Below are positions 35,156 to 48,060 of a DNA stretch of 64,000 nucleotides, one piece after another (within the stretch, counting starts at the first letter, position 1; each line of letters starts with the position of its first letter). The notes under the pieces were generated by a model. That model did no database searches, was not told where the DNA came from, and worked only from the letters and a program-made list of their open reading frames with translations. Position numbers and translations under genes: made by a program. This DNA is from Phoronis australis (lineage: Eukaryota; Animalia; Phoronida), in the NCBI GenBank assembly GCA_002633005.1, contig NMRA01000215.1, positions 134,690-198,689 of the forward strand. The letters are read 5' to 3'.

Positions 35156-36897
35156 ATGACAAAGTCTCGAAATCACAGTGTACGAAAAGGAGCAGTGTGC
35201 CAAGTGCTCGTCGAGGATGTCACAAGTAATGTTCTCTTAGTAGTCTTGAAAGATGGTGCTACAATCTACCGTGGTGTTTTACTGGATCAGAGTGCTAGGT
35301 AAGTTGATAAATGACAGCAAAAATGCCCAATTCTATGTAAAATATCGTTTTTTTTTGAAGGAATTCTGAATTTCATATGTGTTGTCATCAAAAAGATTTT
35401 CAGTCATAACCTTTTAGTTTGTATCTGGATTGTCACTGGTTCTTTGTGTTCTTTTGCAGTGGTCCGTATGGTTTTGGTTTGATAAAACCATGTAGAAATG
35501 AAGAAAAAGATGTTGAAATTGATGAAATGACCTCCAAATTTGGTGATGGAGGTCAAGAAACCAACAAACAGTTCGAGGAGTCATCTTTGAGTTTAAGAAG
35601 CACGTACCAGGAAAATCAAGTACTACATAACAAAGTAATCTTGCCATCTCCATTGCGTGACCTTTCTCGATCTTTAAAAGACAAAAATATTCGGAAACGA
35701 ATGTTGAGACCGAGGCATGTTTTGTGCTCAAAGTGCAAAGAATTTTGTGACGACACAGATGCTCAAGAAAGCTTTACCAAACTGAAAACTATTAAACGTA
35801 AACTGGAAGTCCCGAATTCTGTAAGTTATCCGTCAAAGAATCTTAAGACAGATGCAGAAATCTTGACTGTTCAGCAGTCCAAGAATGATAGGCCAGTTAT
35901 AAAAATTTCATTTCAACCACCAAAGCAACAATCAAGTGCAAACACCAGTGTGTTTTCTTCCAACTGTGCAAATAGTGATGTAGATGAGCTGAAAAACAGA
36001 AGCAGGCAGAACAGTGCGCTTGTGCATTCTCCGAGTGTTCTTTTGCATCGCATTGACTGGAATAGGTCAACGGAAACGCAGCACGAGGCACTGTCAGTGA
36101 AAAGCAAACTGGATAAGGAACACAAACATCGTCATAAAAGGAAACACAAAAAGCACAAACATAAAGCATCGTTGTTAAATGGTCGTCATAGAGACCGACA
36201 CCATAAGAAAAGGACTAAATGCCTTGAAGCCTTTCCAATGAAACATTCGAGTTCCTGCCTTAAGATCAAAACTCGCCCATCCGCATTTCCGGAGGTGCAA
36301 AGTAGCTTGATGTCACATGTCACACACAACATAGATGACACGGATAGTCACGAAGACAGCTCTAGCCATTCCCTTGAGAATTATAAACTGAACTCTAGCA
36401 ATGAACTCAGTGCAGTCCAGCAGTTAGACGGGTATTCTGATACAGATTCCACAGACACATATGACTTTCCACAGTCTGGATTCAACAGTGACAACTCTGA
36501 CGGGGAGGCATTGACCGAAGTGAGTCGGCCTTTAACTATGAAGATACAAACGCGTAACGTCTTCAGGTGCGATATCCCGGATGGCCGAAGTATTACTGTG
36601 GGTGACATTATCTGGGGAAAGATTCATGGCTTCCCTGCTTGGCCTGGCCGCATTATCTCTATCACCATACGTCAAATGGACAACGGCATACCCATCAGTA
36701 AGATAGCTCACGTGTCCTGGTTCGGTTCTCGCACACGCTCCCACATGCCTCTGCGTGACCTGTGTCCCTTCATGGACGACTATAACCTCAAGTTTAACAA
36801 GAAGAAAAAGGGTCCTTATAAGATTGCTGTGAAGCAAGCCTGGCTTGCAGCTCAGCAAAGCTTGCCCGAGTTCCAAGATGTTGATATTGAGGGCTGA
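35150..36897 (+). CDS. PWWP2A: PWWP domain-containing protein 2A/2B-like; two coding exons 35150-35298 and 35460-36897; 528 aa
   Basis: Exon 1 MAMTK...VEDVTSNVLLVVLKDGATIYRGVLLD resembles the PWWP2 N-terminal block LVVSF..GEKLFSGVLMD. AG|gtaag...cag|T gives SGPYG. RMLRPRHVLCSKCK matches PWWP2 LRPRQVLCDKCK. C-terminal PWWP domain VGDIIWGKIHGFPAWPGRI...VSWFGS...PF...FNKKKKGPYKIAV. 1587 nt including TGA. Confidence 0.92.
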
Positions 36898-39200
36898 ATG
36901 GTTGTATATTTTGTCAGTGCAATATTATGCTTAAACGAATACATTTGGGTATATTTTTAGATTGGTGTTATATGTTGTTGAATTTAGCAATCAAGTCATA
37001 TTTGGATAATGTACCAAATGATTGTTGTATTTACCTTTCCGTAGGTGAAAAACTTGACTATAGTCGAGGGTCTTGGGGGCACGACTTCAAAAATCTTGGT
37101 ACATAAGAACACCTTTCAAAGGTAAAGCCTGAGTGAACATCAAGCAACTTCACAATGTACTCACCACTACTAGTCAAAGTGAAAAAAACATAATTTGCAT
37201 GTTCGTGATCACGAAAAGTAGTATAATTCCACATGACCAGAAATACCTGAAATACATCCTAAACATGTCGCATGCGATTATCCAAAAAGGTTAGGTGTGT
37301 GTACCAAAATTTGTGGATTGGTGCAAACCACACTCAAAGACCACCGACAGACGCACTTCTCTGAAGGATGTAGTGTGATACACAATGTTTATTCTTGTAC
37401 AGTGACATTCCTGAGTAGACTAACCAAGGCTAAGTGGGCATTCACTAGGACAGAAGGTGTCTTATGTAAATCAGTAAGTGCCCAGTGAGATATAAGATGT
37501 AGTTATATGTAGAATGGTTATTTAGCCTATGCCCTGGTGATGCATGCCTAATATTATGAGACCCCATGAGAAATGCCTCTGAATATGCATAGTATTATAT
37601 AGGATATCTACTGCACAACTGTGAACTTGTTACTGAATGGTAAAATCTGAACCACTTTTGGTGACAAACAATTGCTAAAATTGATGGTCTTTTTACAATT
37701 TTCAATAAGGCTTATGACATCATTGTGAATGCCTATATTTCTCAAATATTTTCTGGTGACAGTGATCTGCAATTCAGTATGGCAAAAGGAATTGTCAAGG
37801 ACAGAAAACGTTAAAAAGAGGAACCCCCTCTGTCTTTTGGTCCCCTATGATCACAAATGTGAATTTCGTGAAGTTTTAAAGTACTAGTCACATTTGTTGT
37901 TGGTCTGCAAACTCTATCATTCATAGCTGTTTAGTACAATGTTTTAATTTTATGAAATATTTGGAGCAGGAAAGTTTCTGCTGTGTGCATTGATGACTGG
38001 AGATCTGTTCCCGAGTCTAATCTCGTAGCTTAGACTCCAAATTATTTTTGATATTTTGTGTTTCTACATAAGTGCCTACTTGAAATTTGTGTCTATTATT
38101 CTGTACTTGGGTACATCATGACATAATAATGTGTAATGGAGACTGGCGTTTGTCCCAGTTTGTTCTTGATGACCTCAGCATTAGAGCTATTCAAGTCTGA
38201 GCTCAAAATTTTTTGTTTTGAACTTTAGTTTTTTGCTAAAGTTTAGGGGTCATCAAGTGCCGTCTTGGACTAGAAACTTGTCTGGGTAAGCTATGGTGTA
38301 CTGGAACAGCCAGTCATAGACCTTTATCTTGAGTTTGAACTTGTGGAAAGGAATTTGAGTTTGAGTTCAGAGACTAGACTTGGTATCCTGGTGCAATCCA
38401 ATTGTTTTAATGTTTGTAAGGAAGTTTTGTTTGTAATTGGCAGTTCCTGTATTTTGATATTTAAAACCAGTTAGCTGTTGTTCAGCCCTTGTTGGTTCTG
38501 AGTGTAACCCTAACATGTGTAGATGAAAGCAAGCCAACAATTAATTAAGATTTAACTTTCGCTCTTTAGATCTAACCTGGTGCTAATAGCGTGGTTTGCA
38601 ATACCTTAAGGCCTTGACTGTTAGACTAATGGATTCAAATATGTTTTGATGTAAAGTTGGTCTCAGCTCCTTTTTTACTTTGATTTACTGCATGTGATTT
38701 GTGGCCTTAAAAAAGTGGCAGTTATTGCTTTACAGTTCTAGTAGGTGGAATAACTTGGCACTGACTTGTGGCCATATAATGGAGTGAAAAACCGTTACTA
38801 TCCCTCTGTTGATGCAATGTGAAGTGACAATGGTTACAAAGGATAATTATGCTATGAGGTTGTTTTTGGAAGTGTTAACACATTTGAGATGAAAAGTCTT
38901 TTTAATGTCAAATTCAGGTGCTTTGAAGCTTTTGAAATTATTCAGTAGGAGCATAGGGCAGGTGAAGGTCCCAACTGTCTTTGGCAAAGTTCTTGTAACT
39001 AGAAGGTGTCTTCCAGATGTAGTTTTACTGAAAATTTTATCATGCTGTAGTCTTCTTTTAAAAAAATATGCCCAATCATTGTGTTTTTCTTGAAATAGGC
39101 ACTTTTATATTATGGACAGTGGGTCACATTAACCAGTCAATATTTGTGCAAATTGAAACTCAGGAGATAAATATGTCATGTTTAAGACTTTAAGTTGTCT

Positions 39201-39206
39201 ATTAAA
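39201..39206 (+). terminator. Candidate poly(A) signal (ATTAAA) of PWWP2-like gene
   Basis: Ends a ~2.3-kb U-rich UTR-like region, before the TE-rich intergenic block begins. Confidence 0.35.
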
Positions 39207-39347
39207 GTGGTTATATCTCACTAAATCTGTGGCTTGTGCTTGCAATTTACCCAATATCTATTGATGTTTTGAGCTCCATAGAACCAACTGTGTATGGTAA
39301 CCAGTAACTGAGAATGAGAAACAGAGAAATGTGGATCAATTTTGTAA

Positions 39348-40740
39348 TTATGCGCCCACATATGTATATGTGGGCTCATCATGCATCATCTCCCGTATAG
39401 CGTACACAGCTGTAACTATAAATCCCCTTGAATGTTCCTAGAATGGTTTAGACATGTTCCTATCTTGGATGGACGGCACGAGCGAATTTTAGGACAGATC
39501 CGACTACTGCTGTGTCCCAAAATAATTTTTTTCACATTTGCCTCTGTATCTTCAGAGTGCCTTGACGGATTTTCATAAAATTTGGCAAATAAGGATAGGT
39601 AACGATGCTTTTCCGATTCTGGATGAATTCGATGTATTTTGTGTCATTTAGTGACAATTATTACTTTTAGCAAGTCTGTTTTTGGCGTCAATTGGCTGAC
39701 GTGTTCCTACTGAGAAACGCAGAGTTTATATTACGGACGGCTCCGACCTCTGACTCCCCAAGTGACAGTTTTGTTTTGTTTTTTACCATCTGCCGTTGTT
39801 TCTCCTAAACCCTTTGCAGAAACTTTCTCACAAATTTGAAAAATGTATTTTTGTGTTCTGACGTATCCCCGATCACCGCTGTGGCAATTTTGGTTTTTGC
39901 GTTCATCTCTGTATCTTGAAATTTGGCAAATCAGTTTCTTTTAAGGAGACGACGACACCTTTCTATTTTAGGTTGGTTTTGGCCTCTGCCTCTATTCATG
40001 GGCGCACCCGAATGAGCCCCCAATTTGGCGAGTCGGGCAAAAAGGCCCGCCTCTGTGAAACAAAAGTGCTAGTAAACGAGACAAAAGTCCACAAAATCCA
40101 CGTGAAGTCGGCGCGAATGCACGATCCGTGGGCCTGAACCTAGTGGCCCCGTTATTTTTTTTGTTAGTCCTCGTTGATTTCTTTCAGTAAAAGGTTCGCA
40201 TATCGAAAAATTCGAGCCCCCTATATTTTAGGCTGGGTGCACGCATGCTATTGATCAAACCTTTTTAATTATTATTATGAAAATGGGCGTATATGTTCCC
40301 ACTGGGAACAGCATCATTTTCGGACATATCCGACTGTTGTCATGCCCCCAAATAGTGATTTTGTTTTTCCCTGTGTTCAATATCTACGAAGTTCATTGAT
40401 GCATCTTCGTTATTTCAACCGACGTGGATTTTGGGACAAATCAACTACTGTGGTAATGTTTGTTTTCTTTGCGTTTGCCTTGACATCTATCAAGTTTTTT
40501 TTTGATAGATTAAACTTGGGAAATCAGTTGTAAGGTAGACCACAGCATCTGCCCTTTTCAGACGGATTTGACCTTTGCTGTACCCGATCATTTTGTGCTC
40601 TTTTTATTATTTGTGTGTCTCATCCACCTGCCGATATCCTCCAAGTTGCTGAAAGAATCGTGATGAAAGTTGGCAGGCGTGTTCCTATTCAGGAGAACAT
40701 TGCTGCTGACTTACTTAGCACCTCCTAGTGACAGTTTTAA
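39348..40740 (+). mobile_element. Older, degraded HINE/Helentron-type element with ~150-bp internal repeats (same family as 63017-64000)
   Basis: Shared 5' end TTATGCGCCCACATAT..ATGTG and shared repeat units (GTATCTTC..., TTTTCATAAAATTTGGCA, GACTACTG.TGTG). Confidence 0.7.
39997..40247. mobile_element. MITE with 5-bp TSD (CTATT), nested in the HINE
   Basis: CTATT|CATGGGCGCACCC...GGGTGCACGCATG|CTATT. Confidence 0.85.
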
Positions 40741-40901
40741 AATGATACTAAACCATGTTTTGATGAATTTCAGCCAATCATAGCTCTGTCCCTGCTAGTG
40801 CAACATTGGCGTCTCAATATTAAGTAACGAAAGCAGGATTAAACTGAAACATGTACTCGCTGTCACGTAAGATGTTATGGTTCTTGGTGCGTGGTCCTCA
40901 G

Positions 40902-41308
40902 TGCCCCGTTGCATGAAACAGTCTCAAATAGGGATTCGTATATTATAAGTGCATTGTGAAAACACTGACCGTCCTCTCTTATGCTGTTTTAGTTTTATTT
41001 ACTGAGTCAATTGTTGACTTTGATACAAATCGAGAGTGAACTCTTTGTTGCCAATACTTATTGTTGAAAATATATCATGCAGCGTCCTTAATTTACGGAT
41101 AAAGTCCCTGCACGTATCTATTTTCATTGAAATGGGGGCTCAGTTTTTAGTTGTACTGTTTGGAAATGTCATTTTATCAAAGAGGGGTTCGTAACAAATA
41201 AAAACTGATAGAAGATCACATCTCCTGAGTAATTGAGAACGACACGAAACATGTAAAAGATTTAGGAAACTTGAGTCCCTCTTTGGGACTGTTTCAAGCA
41301 ACTGGGCA
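40902..41308. mobile_element. PIF/Harbinger-like MITE (TSD CAG)
   Basis: TIR TGCCCCGTTGCATGAAACAGTCTCAAA / TTTGGGACTGTTTCAAGCAACTGGGCA. Confidence 0.7.
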
Positions 41309-42029
41309 CAGTTTCCCTACAGTTGTCACGTAACTCGCATAAGGCGTAGGTCACACTTGAAAAAATTGTTCCAAATATTTGAAGGTTGACGAGGATTATA
41401 CAGAGCATTGTTCTGTTTTAGAGTGATGGATGGAAAAGTCGTTGTTAATATCTGTTAATAGGCCAAAACGGGATTCAACATCCTTTCAAGTTTACTACTA
41501 ACATCGCCTTTAGTGAGAATGTTCAATAATGACCATCCTTTGAATATGCGCTCTATGGAATGGGCACGTACGGTGGGCGCATATCAACGCTTCGCGTTGC
41601 TTTTGTTTTGTTTTGTTGGACCATCATGTATTTTGTTAAGAAAATTTTTCCATTTTGACTCAATTTTTCGTTCATTCTTACCTTGTCACATGTGGCGTTC
41701 ACGAAAATTGGGGTTACGGTGTTTTCGAATCTTTTCAGTTCCCGATTAGTTCTGAGATAAAGTTGACGCTGTTAGTTACTGGGTAATGGGCATTAGAGCT
41801 TAATTCATCTTTAAGCATTTTAAGCTGGAGTAGACGGCCTTTTGAAATTGACATACAAGGTCAGTGAAAACAATTTTTTGTGAAACCTGCTCTGTGCAAC
41901 TATAAACACAGCTTAGCAAAGAGTTTATGGTCTTGAATGAGAAGGCATTTGTTTTATAACCCCATATGGATTGTGAATAGCTGAGCCCGGAATGAGTGAG
42001 TTATCACTGCTTTCAAGTATACCTATGTA

Positions 42030-42187
42030 CAGGGGCGGATCCAGGATTTTGAGTGAGGGTGGGGCAGGGCAGAGTATTAACCAGGATTTTGCCCGTCAAA
42101 CATTCACACTCCCCTACTGCCAAATGGAGTCTGGTAGAATTTTAAGAGGGGCCATGGTCCCCTTGCTCCCCTCTAAATCCGCCACTG
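42030..42187. mobile_element. MITE with 5-bp TSD (ATGTA)
   Basis: ATGTA|CAGGGGCGGATCCAG...CTAAATCCGCCACTG|ATGTA. Confidence 0.85.
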
Positions 42188-42567
42188 ATGTATCTATGTT
42201 ATTGTTACGGCACCAGGTTCTCGTTCCACAGCACAAGGCATTTAGTGAAAGCAAGTCACGTGGTCAGGGTTTTCGCTTGTAATGCATGACGATATGTTTC
42301 GAATATGTTCTCGCTTTTCTCGCAAGAGTTCTTCGGAACCCCGCACTGGTATCAGCTAGGGCTGAAGTGAAATGGTTTGCGCTGTGCAATATATTCTGGT
42401 ACATTGTTCCCTCCTTAATTGGTAAACTTTTTATAGAAAGCTTTTATGTGAAGTACAGTACCTTGTTGCAAAGATCCTTTGTTAATAAACATGTTTGGCA
42501 GAAGAATGGCGATTTATTCAGTTGGTGCTGGTTTCATTTTGGTTTGCGCCTCATGCCATTAGCACAT

Positions 42568-43533
42568 TAGTGGTGGATCTAGGATATCACAAGGGGGGGC
42601 CAACATTTAGTTCGGCTGTAAGCATTTGCGCATAGCACTGAATGGGGGGAGGTCGGAAGGGGGTCCCCCTCCCGCCTAGGAAATTTTTCTGTTTTTTTTT
42701 TAAATCAAGCATTTTCCTTGATTCATGAAGTATTATCCAAGAAGAAAAGACAAAATAAAAAACACGGAGAACGTGTCAAAAGCTGCAAGTACCACAGACT
42801 CGAACTCGCTACCTGGCGGATACAGCGAGCGTGCTTCACCACTACACCACCACGACTTAACTACAACATAGTACTAAGAGACCTACTTGCTTATGGTCCA
42901 CAGCGTTTACGCGCGCAACCTACTTCTTTTTGTAATGCTTATTACACGTTTTAAATTTTTTGCAATCGGTTCTTAACAAATTTGTTGTATTTAAAATAGT
43001 CTTCAAATGCCCAAACGACCAAATTAATCCGTTTTTCGTGTTGGCAATGACGGGATTGATTTGGAAATCGTCTTAAGTTAAAGTTTGAGAAAGAGAGAAT
43101 TATGAGTTTCTGAGTGATTCACTAAGGCTTCGATTAAAATTTACATCTTACCAGCAGCTTCTGTTTTTTCATCGTCACTCAGGTTCCATTTTCTTTGAAA
43201 AAGGAAGTAAATTTTCTTTATTGCACAGTGGAGCAGACGACGGAAACGGAGTCGTAGTGCGCAGCGCCACTGCTGATCACTTGGGATATCGCGGGAGAGC
43301 CTATATTTAGCCATAGTTACGATACGAATGCGCCGTGTTCCGAATTTGACACTTGAAATTGGATCTGAGCACCCCCCTCCCCCCAACACTAAAACTGCAC
43401 ACATTTAAATCTTGTTTCATCCATATAATTTTAATTACCGGGGTTAATTAATAAACTCATTTCCCTACGCTCTTGCTGTTTTATTTTTTTGCGCAGCCAA
43501 GGGGGGGGGGTCGCCCCCCTACATACGCCTATG
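42568..43533. mobile_element. Larger MITE with 5-bp TSD (CACAT), carrying an internal segment with a tRNA-like head on the - strand (42790-42853)
   Basis: CACAT|TAGTGGTGGATCTAGG...CCTACATACGCCTATG|CACAT; internal rc GTGGTGTAGTGGT...GAGTTCGAGTC (A/B boxes). Confidence 0.65.
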
Positions 43534-44379
43534 CACATTTAAGTTCTTGTATGCGCATTTTGATGACCATGTACATTTTAGAACCCAACGCAATATTTTA
43601 TGCATCCTCGTGTAGTTTGTGGAGATCGCATATTGCCGTCATATCTGACTGGGCGTCCGGCATCCGCTGTTTTATATCTTAAACCCCTCAGTCTATATTA
43701 ACGACTATAAATTTGACAGATCTGTTCCTATGAAGCTGGCGACAGATGACTTTCAGACTGATAGAATATTACTGTGACCCCTAATTGCAGTTTTAGTTTT
43801 TCCAGTACGTTCTCCGTTGTGTCTTCCGATGGTTTCTTCTACTAAGGAAAAGACTACGCGTTTCCATTTCGGACGGATTCGACGTATTCTGTCCCATCTT
43901 TTGGCAATTTCGTTATTTCCAGTCTTTTTGGCACAAAGGATCTTGATGAAAATTATCAGATGTCTTTCTTCTGCTAAGAGCATGACTTTAAAAAACCAGA
44001 GTAATAGTTTGATCATGAATTTCTATTTCGTTTTTCTTATTTTTTCCATATAATTTATTTGTGTTTTTGTTATTGTATTATTGCTTTTTATTAAATTGTT
44101 GACTTAAATAATTTATCACTATCTATGTATAAGACTATACATAATGATTCGTTTTCAAGGATAATTATTTGTACTGTTACTGTATTGTTATATACTTTTG
44201 TTGCAATAAAAAATCTTGAAAACTAGTCACAAAATAAATAAAAAACTAAAATTTACAATTACTTTATGCCGACCGGGTGGACGCTGTCCGACCTTGCCTA
44301 CCGTTTACGTGGTTTTGCACTGAATGTTGGATGAGTTAATTGGTTTTTTTTAACTTATCCATACAATTGAGTGAAGTTT

Positions 44380-45150
44380 TCACAGAAAAGCTGCGTGCGT
44401 CCTCCCAGAACTAGGGTTGACGGTGCCGGTCAGTTTTCCCGCGTCAGTCCGGATTCGGCAGAACGGCGGACCAAAACCGTAAAAGGAATTCTGTTGAAAA
44501 AAATCTGTCCGCTGGGGCCCAAGACCAGCTGAAACACTCACCTCGCATCCACATGCGCACACCCGGGGGGCGGGGGCTCGGGGAGCTCGAACGAGCCTCT
44601 CATTTGGAGAAGTGGGTACGCCTCAGTCCGAAAAAACGAGACATAAGTCCACTAAAAAGGCGCACACGCACAGTTCACAGATCTGAATGTGGTACCCCGT
44701 TTTCATAGTCCTCCCGCTTTTTTTAGCCCTCCCACTTTTTTGTTAGCAAGAGGTGCACTTTGTCAGAGATTCGAGCCCCCCATATTAAAGGCTGGGTGCG
44801 CGCATGATCCAGCCGGCACTCAGCAGTATGCTACGTGTAGCGCTTGGAAGACTAGAGACAACCAGATAGTGCTGTCTTAGATATCCGCGGTTAAACGACA
44901 GTGATTTGCGAGTACGAGGGTGGTGACCTTATTGACCCCGGGTGTAGCGTGCGTCCTCTAACGTGGATTGCAGAAGTTATGGTTTTTGAACAGCAGCTGC
45001 GGTGCAGTGCTGATTCTTCATCGTCCTGCTACTAGCCGCCTCTGCAGATTCGTGTTTATTATTTTACGATGTCCTCTCACTGACGATAGGAACCCGGACA
45101 TGTATAGGTTGGACGCTCAGATTGTCGGGATTTCGTCATTACTTTAACGG
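44380..45150 (+). promoter_or_regulatory. CpG-rich island; candidate promoter/non-coding first exon of UROS
   Basis: Locally high CpG density; donor-like ACG|GTATGC at 45150; the first coding exon of UROS starts at an acceptor (53261), so an upstream exon is needed. Confidence 0.35.
44552..44806. mobile_element. MITE with 5-bp TSD (ATCCA), same family as 39997-40247
   Basis: ATCCA|CATGCGCACACCC...GGGTGCGCGCATG|ATCCA; shared TTCGAGCCCCC..ATATT..AGGCTGGGTGC. Confidence 0.85.
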
Positions 45151-45437
45151 TATGCCCATGTCACACCGAAGTGCGTTGTCGTTGACCTGGCCTTTCTAAT
45201 CTATTCTTTGACTTTGCCCTGATTTAGAGAACCAGGCTGTTATTTAGTGCATCAAACTGGTTATCTAAATCAGGGTCCATTATATCCGACCAATGCCATT
45301 AGGGACGCGATCAGAAGCTGAGGACGCCTGTGCACCACACGTACTACCCAACTTAGCGGCAACACGTAGCCAGCCGCATTCAGGGCTATGAAATTGCCTA
45401 CCCAGGCAATAGGCAATACTTAGCTCAAAAGGTTGGT

Positions 45438-48060
45438 TTGTCGTGCATGAACTTGGAATCTTACGTGAACTTGGAATAAATTTCTATTCCAAGTTCACAC
45501 AAGTGATCTTGAGATTAAGCAAGCATTTTCGACATCTAGTGAGTAGTGTGCAGCTGTTAAGTAAATTTTCGCCGTGGGCCGCACGGTGGATATGAATTCG
45601 TTTGTCGTGAGTTATTGTTTCTGTTTTAATTATTTTTATTGTCCATTCTGTATGCTATTCTGGCATTTCCAGAGGTGACTTGACTGGAATGGGTTGCCGA
45701 GGGGCTGAAATGACTGACAACCTGGGACCTTTGCAATGAACAGGATTAAGAGCTAGGATACAGAGCCAGACACAGAATGAATGTAGGCAATTACATCGCC
45801 CTGAATACCGCAGGCTAGAATGAACGAATTTCTACCGTACCACGAAGGGTTTTGCATTGAACAGTGCGTCATGCCCCGTTGTACCTGCCACCTTACCCCC
45901 CCTTGCATGCGGTAGTGCTTAGAATTAGAGCGCGCAATGTACTCATAATCGGTGGTAGTGTTTTCATTTTATATCTCACTTACTTATGACGTCGCCTGCA
46001 TGTAATCGTTTCTAATCTGATAAGGAACAAGTTCGAAATAGCACTTGTTTAGTAAAAGTGTTATCTTTGGCCATTAAAATACCATGTTTTGAATGTTCTC
46101 ATAGAGATGATTCGACTTTTCTGGCCTACAATATTTTTGCCTTTCTCTGCTACACAGACCCACATAACAATACGCCAATGTATGTTAAGACTTTATGATA
46201 CATAAAGCTGGTTCAGTGAAATAATACTGTCCATACCACTTGCTTTCGCACAATATCTTACAAACCACTACCAAGAGCATTCAGTTCGCTATTTAAAAAG
46301 CAACCACGTCATTCACCTGAGTGTGGTAACATATGAACATGCATCTTTTGCGGGTTGTCAATATCTCTAAATACAGTTGATAAAATTCGATGTAAATTCT
46401 ATCAAGTCAATGCCCCAATATGGAGCAGAAATATGTGATAAGCAGTCGATGCCCTGTCAACCACTGACATATCAGCCAATCAGAGATTGCTGTCAAGGTC
46501 AGTATTTTTACAATAAATGTGAATCAGCTTTTGTTTGGCGCGCAACTGGGGCAAATGTGAGTTTTATTTGTATGTTAGAACTGGTTTATTGCTGCATTAT
46601 TTTTACTAGTAACAGTCATCTTTTAAACTTGGCATTGGGTAAAACTTAATCGTCGACAATTTACAGGGACACAAAACATTGCTCATAAGTCTTGTAATCT
46701 GTCAGAGAATGCTTGCTTCACGACATACATCTAAGGTTTGTAAAGCAAACATAGAATTATTCCAAGTTGAAACAGTGGCGAGGCCTGCTTAAACTGGGAA
46801 TTCGGAAGAAAATAATTGCTGACGTGTTCAGTAATGTCTCACGATAAGAAAAATTGTGCTTACAACATAATTTAACCAGTCAGAGAATGTTTGGTTCACC
46901 ATGTGACTTTTTGTAAAGCTAATATACAATCATTCCAAGTTTAAGCAAGGGCGTGGCTTGCTTAAAACTTGGAATTGGCTAGAAGACAACTGCGAATGCA
47001 TTCAAAAGTGTTCCAAGAATAATAGAAAACTACAATATACTGCAACTAGCTGGAGAATGTGGTTTTCCAGAAGTAATAGAAAATGCATTTACAATGTATT
47101 GCAACTATTTGGAGAATATGTGGTATCCAAGTGATTTTTTGTTAAGCAGAAATCAATTATTCCAAGTTTAAGCAAGGGTGTGGCTTAATTTCTTACACTT
47201 GAAATTAGAGAACAAGTACAAATACATTCAAGGGTGTTCCAAAAGAAATAGAAAATGCATTTACAATGTATATCAACTAGTTGGAGAATGTGTGGTATCC
47301 AAGTGATTTTTTGTAAAGCAGAAATCCAATTATTTCAAGATTATGCAAGGGGTGGCTTGCTTAAACTTGGAATTGGATAGAAAACAAGTGTGAAAGCAGT
47401 CAGAGGTATTTCAAAAGTAACAGAAAACGCAGTGCTTTGGAACCATTTGGGTGATTTTGGTTGACCACACAGTAGCAGGCCTTTACAAAGTCAAAGACAT
47501 CATAATACTCAATAAAACAGCTGTTTAGAGTTCCTTTATTCCTTCAAGGTAATCGTACTTGAGTGAAGCATTTCACTTCATCAAATACTCAACCAGACAC
47601 TAATTTCAAACATCAGGCTTTATTTTAATATTGGAATAGACAACAACATTACAACACAGAAAATAAAAGGCCCGTGACTCAAAAGGCCACTGTAGCCGCG
47701 ATGCCGGGTACGACCTTGAATGCCCGGTACATCACTGAGGGAACAGATTGCTGTCCATTGGTGACTTTTTTCACTCAAGTCTCTCGGTACTAACCAGTAT
47801 AATTATGACCTGACCGCGGATGCTTTGTCTCGATCTTTGTTGACCTCTCTTCTCACCACAGCCTCCCGGTTCTGTAATGATTTCAGTCCAAACCCCATGT
47901 TCTGTGACTGGACAGCCGCTTAATTCCAAGTTCACGCACGAGGTTTGGTTGGCAGTTTGCTTAATCTCAACTTGCGTGATCTTGGAATTCCCAAATTCAC
48001 GCAACTCTCACTTCCGCTTAATCTTGAGATTAAGCAGGATTCCAAGTTCACGTACAACAG
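45438..48060. mobile_element. ~2.6-kb TIR-bounded element with an internal ~180-bp satellite (46700-47430)
   Basis: Left TTGTCGTGCATGAACTTGGAATC versus right GATTCCAAGTTCACGTACAACAG; subterminal repeats of TGAACTTGGAAT and CTTGAGATTAAGC. Confidence 0.6.

Noticed and set aside
35419-35459. ORF-track start of the 492-aa PWWP ORF
   Set aside because: This part is intronic; the real N-terminus comes from exon 35150-35298 spliced to 35460.
42790-42853. tRNA gene on the minus strand
   Set aside because: Only A/B boxes are present, with no complete cloverleaf, and it lies inside a MITE; treated as a tRNA-derived TE fragment.
44895-45020. CAGTG loops as possible iron-responsive elements in the putative UROS 5' region
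   Set aside because: The flanks do not form the 5-bp upper stem with a bulged C.
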